A stretch of 28,535 bases of DNA, from positions 1 to 28,535 of the IMG/VR virus record IMGVR_UViG_3300025913_000091; one strand, written 5' to 3'. The position numbers were made by a program, and so were the translations under genes. The notes under the pieces were generated by a model. That model saw nothing but the letters and a program-made list of their open reading frames with translations, made no database searches and had not been told where the DNA came from. Shown here in pieces: positions 24,493-28,535 of this stretch (positions are counted from its first letter, which is position 1; every line of letters begins with the position of its first letter). This DNA comes from a virus.

Positions 24493-25176
24493 TCAGGTCG
24501 GCTGCTTGGAGGGGTCGTTGGTGACGGCCTGGACGACGGCGTCGTAGTCGGCCTGGCCGTAGATGGCCGACCGCGAGCGGACGCGGCCGGAGCGCACGTT
24601 GGAGATGCCGGCGGACAGGCCGCTGGTCAGGCCCTTGGTCCCCAGCCTGTCGGCCCGGTAGGTGACGGCGTTGCCGGCCGAGATGCCCAGGTCGGTCGCG
24701 GTGGCGATGGCGTCCTGGTTGGCGCCCAGGAAGATGAACTCCCAGCTGTACTTCTCGCGCTGGTGGGTGATCATCTGGTGAATGGCCTTGCGCCCGGCGG
24801 GCCCGGCGAACTCCCGCGAGGCGTTCTCTTGGCCGTCGGTGATGATGACGAAGAGGACGTGCTCCGGGCGCTCGGCCTCGGGCATGGCGGCCAGGCGCTC
24901 GCCGGTGGCCCGGATGTTGTGGGCCAGGGCGTCCAACAGGGCAGTGTTGCCCCGCGGGTCCAGCCGATAGCGGCCCACCTCGGTGATGGGACGTGCGGTG
25001 TAGGCCGTGGTGCAGCCGTCGCTGAACTCCGACAGGGTGACCCGGCACTCGCCGGGCTCCTTCTTCTGCTTGTCGATGAGCTCGTCGAAGCCGCTGTTCA
25101 TGGCCTCGGCGATGGTCGACATGGAGCCAGAGCGGTCGATGACGAAGGTGATGTCTGTCTTGTTGGGTTGGGTCAC
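24493..25176 (-). CDS. von Willebrand factor A (vWA) domain protein
   Basis: MIDAS DRSGSM..T..D; GTG 25176 preceded by GAGGAGGAGGA; GTGA overlap with the upstream stop. Confidence 0.85.
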   Translation of the reverse strand: MTQPNKTDITFVIDRSGSMSTIAEAMNSGFDELIDKQKKEPGECRVTLSEFSDGCTTAYTARPITEVGRYRLDPRGNTALLDALAHNIRATGERLAAMPEAERPEHVLFVIITDGQENASREFAGPAGRKAIHQMITHQREKYSWEFIFLGANQDAIATATDLGISAGNAVTYRADRLGTKGLTSGLSAGISNVRSGRVRSRSAIYGQADYDAVVQAVTNDPSKQPT

Positions 25177-25373
25177 GTGTCCTCCTCCTCTTCGCCCATC
25201 AGCGCCCGGCGGGCCCTGCACGGCAGGCAGGAGACGGGCTGTTGGGGCGTCCTGTGGTACTGGGTCTTTCCGGTGGTCGGGCAGAAGCTGACCATGCCCG
25301 ACGGCGTGGTCACGGTGCAGTAGCAGTACTCGACTGCGAGTTCGCCCAGCAGTTCCCCGGTCAGGCGGCTCAC
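25173..25373 (-). CDS. small Cys-rich protein, paralog 2
   Basis: CYC..FC..CLPCRARRAL pattern shared with 25370-25603; GTGA coupling at both ends. Confidence 0.55.
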   Translation of the reverse strand: MSRLTGELLGELAVEYCYCTVTTPSGMVSFCPTTGKTQYHRTPQQPVSCLPCRARRALMGEEEEDT

Positions 25374-25603
25374 AGCGTCACCCGCATGGGCAGGTGGTCG
25401 ACCTTCTCGTAGTCGATGCCGTCGGCCTCCAAGGCCTGCCTGGCCCGACACCGCAGGCACGTGGTCAGGGGACCCGGGTCGGTCTTGTAGTCGGCCTCGC
25501 CCGTCTGAGAGTTGTACGACCAGCTGCAGCTGCCCATCCCGCGGTAGCAGCTGCAGGGTCCCATGCTGAGGGACTTGACGAGTCCCACGACGTTGCTGTC
25601 CAT
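25370..25603 (-). CDS. small Cys-rich protein, paralog 1 (alternative start TTG 25639)
   Basis: CSC..SC..CLRCRARQAL; ATG 25603 lies 6 nt after a consensus -10. Confidence 0.6.
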   Translation of the reverse strand: MDSNVVGLVKSLSMGPCSCYRGMGSCSWSYNSQTGEADYKTDPGPLTTCLRCRARQALEADGIDYEKVDHLPMRVTL

Positions 25604-25609
25604 GCGCTG

Positions 25610-25639
25610 ACGGTACACCGTGCGCAGCGCACAGTTCAA
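25610..25639 (-). promoter_or_regulatory. sigma70-like promoter, leaderless type, for CDS 25603
   Basis: TTGAAC-N18-TACCGT (- strand), then 6 nt to the ATG. Confidence 0.55.
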
Positions 25640-26479
25640 TCACTTCTGGACGGTCGGGCACCACCACGTGGTGCGCCCGTCCTTCGTCTCCTCGCTGACG
25701 ATCGGGTTGCCCCCTGGGTCGACCTTGCGCCCGTAGCAGACGAAGCGTTCCTGCGCCTCGCCGGGCCCACCGTCGCCCTGCCGGTAGGTGGCGATGGTCG
25801 CCCCGCCCGACTGGTAGGAGTCCCTCATGACGCCAAAGACCGCGTCGTACAGCTGCGCCATCTCCATGACGCTGACGTCGTTCACCACGCGGTGAGGCGA
25901 CAGGCGGGCCCGGTACAGGGACTCTGCCTTGACGTAGTTGCCCACGCCGGAGACCACCGACTGGTCCATCAGCGCCTCCGCCAGCGTCCTATCAGCACGC
26001 TCATCGAGCCGCTGGACGAACGTCTCGAACTTGGGCGGGTCGTTCAGCATGTCGGGCCCGAGGGTCCTCAGCTTCTTCTCCAACGGTCCCCGTCCCCTGA
26101 CGAACTTCAGGGTCCCGAAGTGGCGCGGGTCGCGGAAGTGGACCGCGCGGTCAGGCGGCCCGGCCGTGACCGTCACCGCGACGTGCTTGTCAGCGGGCTG
26201 GGTCGTCCACATGCCCGACATCCCATAGGTGCACCACAGGAACCAGGGCTCGACGTTGCCCAAGGGTTGCAGCGTCCAGTACATGAACTTCCCTTTGACG
26301 TCGACCCCATCGATGAAGGTGGGCCCCTGCCTGATCCAGTTCTCACCGAAGTCGGCCATCCCGGGCGGGGGCTCCTTGGCGTAGCGCCCGCCCGTCAGCT
26401 CGAAGCCGACCAGCTCCTTGCCCAACAGCAGCTCACGCAGGAAGTCGCGGCTCCTCGCCAACTCCGGGCCCTCAGGCAT
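25640..26479 (-). CDS. Fpg/Nei family DNA glycosylase/AP lyase with degenerate zinc finger
   Basis: MPEGPEL N-terminus (catalytic Pro2 after ATG 26479, AAAGGAG SD); H2TH GVGNYVKAESLY; only 1 of the 4 usual C-terminal Zn Cys remains. Confidence 0.9.
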   Translation of the reverse strand: MPEGPELARSRDFLRELLLGKELVGFELTGGRYAKEPPPGMADFGENWIRQGPTFIDGVDVKGKFMYWTLQPLGNVEPWFLWCTYGMSGMWTTQPADKHVAVTVTAGPPDRAVHFRDPRHFGTLKFVRGRGPLEKKLRTLGPDMLNDPPKFETFVQRLDERADRTLAEALMDQSVVSGVGNYVKAESLYRARLSPHRVVNDVSVMEMAQLYDAVFGVMRDSYQSGGATIATYRQGDGGPGEAQERFVCYGRKVDPGGNPIVSEETKDGRTTWWCPTVQK

Positions 26480-26494
26480 CACCGTGCTCCTTTC

Positions 26495-26674
26495 TCATTC
26501 ATAGGCGCCCATGTCCTTCAGATTGCCGTCGTCGTCGAAGGTGAACGTGGTCGAGAAACCGATGTATCCGCGCGTCACCACCAGTTCCGTTCCGCCGAGG
26601 TCCTGCACCTCGATGTTCGCGCGTTTCAGCATGTCCAACAGGACCTCGCGGTCCGTCTTCTCAGCCTTCTCCAC
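26495..26674 (-). CDS. hypothetical small protein (59 aa)
   Basis: VEKAEKTDREVLLDMLKRANIEV..FTFDDDGNLKDMGAYE; GTG start, overlaps the upstream gene by 14 nt. Confidence 0.5.
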   Translation of the reverse strand: MEKAEKTDREVLLDMLKRANIEVQDLGGTELVVTRGYIGFSTTFTFDDDGNLKDMGAYE

Positions 26675-27044
26675 TTTTCGTCTCCTCTGCGGTGGTGGCC
26701 ACCGTCTCAGCGGCCCCGGTTTTTTCCTGGGCCTTTGGGAGGCCCTCCATGCGGACGTCGGGCACGACCGGGGCCTGCGGGTTGAAGCAGAACCACTGGT
26801 CGCGGGTCTCGTCCCACAGCTCGACCAGGTCCGGGGCGGCCCGCACCACCCGACAGATGTGCCACGAGGGCTTCTCGGCCGCCAGGACGCGCCACAGGTA
26901 GACGCGCTGCTCGGAGGCGGCCAGGAACTTGCCCTTGCTGAAGGCGCTGGGCAGGGCCGCGTACTTCTCACGTGGCACCGTGGTGCGCCTGCGCTCTCGA
27001 ACCTTCGGCTGCGCCGGCTTGGGCGCCCCCACCTTACGCTTCAT
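26661..27044 (-). CDS. hypothetical protein with basic N-terminus
   Basis: 127 aa; ATGA coupling with the upstream stop; high GC3. Confidence 0.65.
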   Translation of the reverse strand: MKRKVGAPKPAQPKVRERRRTTVPREKYAALPSAFSKGKFLAASEQRVYLWRVLAAEKPSWHICRVVRAAPDLVELWDETRDQWFCFNPQAPVVPDVRMEGLPKAQEKTGAAETVATTAEETKSGEG

Positions 27045-27571
27045 CGTTTCTTCCCCTCGCCCGTGAACTGCGCCACGAACTGCTTGGAAGGGGCGATCAA
27101 CGATGATGCCGGCGAGCGCAGCAATTGGACGGCCTCATCAACGTGGTGGGCCTCCAGACCCCATTCGAAGTTGGTCTTCACCAGCCTGTCGCTCAGGTGA
27201 AACATGTCAGCGTCATCGTCCAGGATGATGAAGCTCTTGACTACCACGTCGAACAGGGGTGCCGCGTCGAGCCAGGCCTGGATCTCCTGCCCGCGAGGCT
27301 TGCCCGACAGCTCGGGCGTCTTGCCGATCACCGTGCCCGTGAACCCCTTGGCGCTCAGAATCTCTCGCAGCTGCTGCACGGTGCGACCGAAGCGCCAAGT
27401 GCTGGAGACGACCACCCGAGCGTCGGTCTTATCCACTAGGCGATTGAGCCGTTGGATAGCCACGGGATCCAGGCCCATGACGCCGCGAGCGCCGGACGCG
27501 TCCGTTGTCTTGAGGTACAGCGTCGAGTTGAGGACTCCGTCGAAGTCCAGAAAGACGATGTTGTAATTCAC
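27041..27571 (-). CDS. HAD-superfamily phosphatase (HAD_SAK/PNKP-phosphatase-like)
   Basis: GTGA coupling; IVFLDFDGVLNS (motif I), VVVSSTWR (motif II), IILDDD (motif IV). Confidence 0.8.
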   Translation of the reverse strand: MNYNIVFLDFDGVLNSTLYLKTTDASGARGVMGLDPVAIQRLNRLVDKTDARVVVSSTWRFGRTVQQLREILSAKGFTGTVIGKTPELSGKPRGQEIQAWLDAAPLFDVVVKSFIILDDDADMFHLSDRLVKTNFEWGLEAHHVDEAVQLLRSPASSLIAPSKQFVAQFTGEGKKR

Positions 27572-28017
27572 TTCTTGCTCCTGAATTGCTTGTTGTACCA
27601 CACCACGTACTGCCTCAAGGCGTGGTCGTTGGGCGGCTCCAACGGCACCTCGCCGCGGCAAAAGACGTCATGCGCGCTCGCGGCGTAAGCTCCCACGCCC
27701 GGAAGCTCGCTGGCGTGTTTCCAGTCGCCCGCCAGGTACGCTGCCGTCATCTTCTTCAGGGCGACGGTGCGCCGGTTGGCGAAGCCCAGCGGCCTGATGA
27801 GCTCGCGGACCTCGTCCTCGGACGATGCTGCAAACGCCTGGGGCGTGGGCCAACGACGACGGAACTCGGGCAGGATTCGCTCCACTTGTTTGCGCGTCGT
27901 GCAATTGAGCATCATACACGCTACGAGGATGAGCCACTCCGACTCGGGCGCGGACGACCACAGGTCCTCTTGCAGGAGGCTGTACGGACTGCGTGGCGGA
28001 ATCCAGCCTCTCTTCAT
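27568..28017 (-). CDS. HhH-GPD DNA glycosylase of the MBD4 type (no methyl-binding domain)
   Basis: WIPPRSPYSLLQEDLW, WLILVACMMLNCTT, PLGF, LPGVGAYAASAHDVFC and PNDHALRQY parallel the human MBD4 glycosylase domain (recalled). Confidence 0.85.
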   Translation of the reverse strand: MKRGWIPPRSPYSLLQEDLWSSAPESEWLILVACMMLNCTTRKQVERILPEFRRRWPTPQAFAASSEDEVRELIRPLGFANRRTVALKKMTAAYLAGDWKHASELPGVGAYAASAHDVFCRGEVPLEPPNDHALRQYVVWYNKQFRSKK

Positions 28018-28247
28018 CACTTGGCCGGCCTCCCGCACTTCGTCGGGTGCGCGCCCTCGACGACTAGCACCGCGGCCATCGTCTTCACGACGATGGGAAC
28101 CTCGTAGTCGTATGCACTGCCCACGTACGGGGCGTCGTTGAACGTCTGGTACTCGACGTGACGTGCGAACTCTCGCTGGGCAAGGCGACACCTCGCAGTC
28201 CCGTCTTCCAGCTCTTGCCACGAGTGCCTCACCTCACGCCTCCTCAT
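28017..28247 (-). CDS. hypothetical small protein
   Basis: ATG 28247, 14-nt overlap with the upstream gene; TGATG coupling to the next. Confidence 0.5.
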   Translation of the reverse strand: MRRREVRHSWQELEDGTARCRLAQREFARHVEYQTFNDAPYVGSAYDYEVPIVVKTMAAVLVVEGAHPTKCGRPAK

Positions 28248-28535
28248 CAGGCCACCACGCCGGGGCCTTCGCTCGAGGAGCCCACCGCGCGAACCGCGCC
28301 TTGTCGCCGATGTAGTAGGCCCGGTAGGCGCTGACAACGTCGAGGTGGGCTGTCTGCGACTTCCAGGGCTCCTTGATCGCTCGAGCGAAGGGCGTCATGC
28401 CCATCTTGGGCAGGTCGGGCTCATGGACGCACAGCCATTGAATGACGTCCTGCGTCTTGTGGCGCTTGCCATAACGCAGCGTGTACTCATCGCACAGCGC
28501 CGCACCGTGCACGACCAACCAACGATAGTTCTCGA
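28234..28535 (-). CDS. 5'-truncated conserved hypothetical protein, possibly DNA-repair related
   Basis: Open to the window edge: ..ENYRWLVVHGAALCDEYTLRYGKRHKTQDVIQWL..VSAYRAYYIGDKARFARW. The family looks familiar but I cannot name it with confidence. Confidence 0.7.
   Translation of the reverse strand, partial: ENYRWLVVHGAALCDEYTLRYGKRHKTQDVIQWLCVHEPDLPKMGMTPFARAIKEPWKSQTAHLDVVSAYRAYYIGDKARFARWAPRAKAPAWWPDEEA

Overview
High-GC (about 65-70%), very densely packed, phage-like window, probably part of a large or jumbo phage. Bases 1-11663 are almost entirely + strand. Bases 11660-28535 are almost entirely - strand, apart from two + islands (13917-14373 and a homing endonuclease at 17480-18055). 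Confidently recognised genes: two free-standing GIY-YIG homing endonucleases in low-GC islands, a lambda-type metallophosphatase, peptide deformylase, IF-1, GroEL (no GroES in the window), a classical AAA+ ATPase, adenine phosphoribosyltransferase next to PRPP synthetase, an SPFH lipoprotein, a vWA protein, an Fpg/Nei glycosylase, a HAD phosphatase and an MBD4-type HhH glycosylase. The rest are small hypothetical, membrane, zinc-ribbon or lipoprotein ORFs, many translationally coupled through GTGA/ATGA overlaps. The most unusual feature is a tandem family of five small ORFs (222-3452). They share an N-terminal module ending in V(L/V)WS, and at least three (possibly four) carry different short C-terminal segments resembling the most conserved motifs of T4-type major capsid protein gp23 (including the Gol region) and portal gp20. 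Also notable are about 20 copies of a conserved promoter, (G/T)TGAAC-N17-18-TA(C/G)nnT, most placed 5-9 nt from the start codon (leaderless architecture). Both homing endonucleases sit next to low-GC3 patches in neighbouring conserved genes. There is a prs-apt adenine salvage pair and a base-excision-repair cluster. All homology statements come from reading the translations and from remembered reference sequences; no searches were run.
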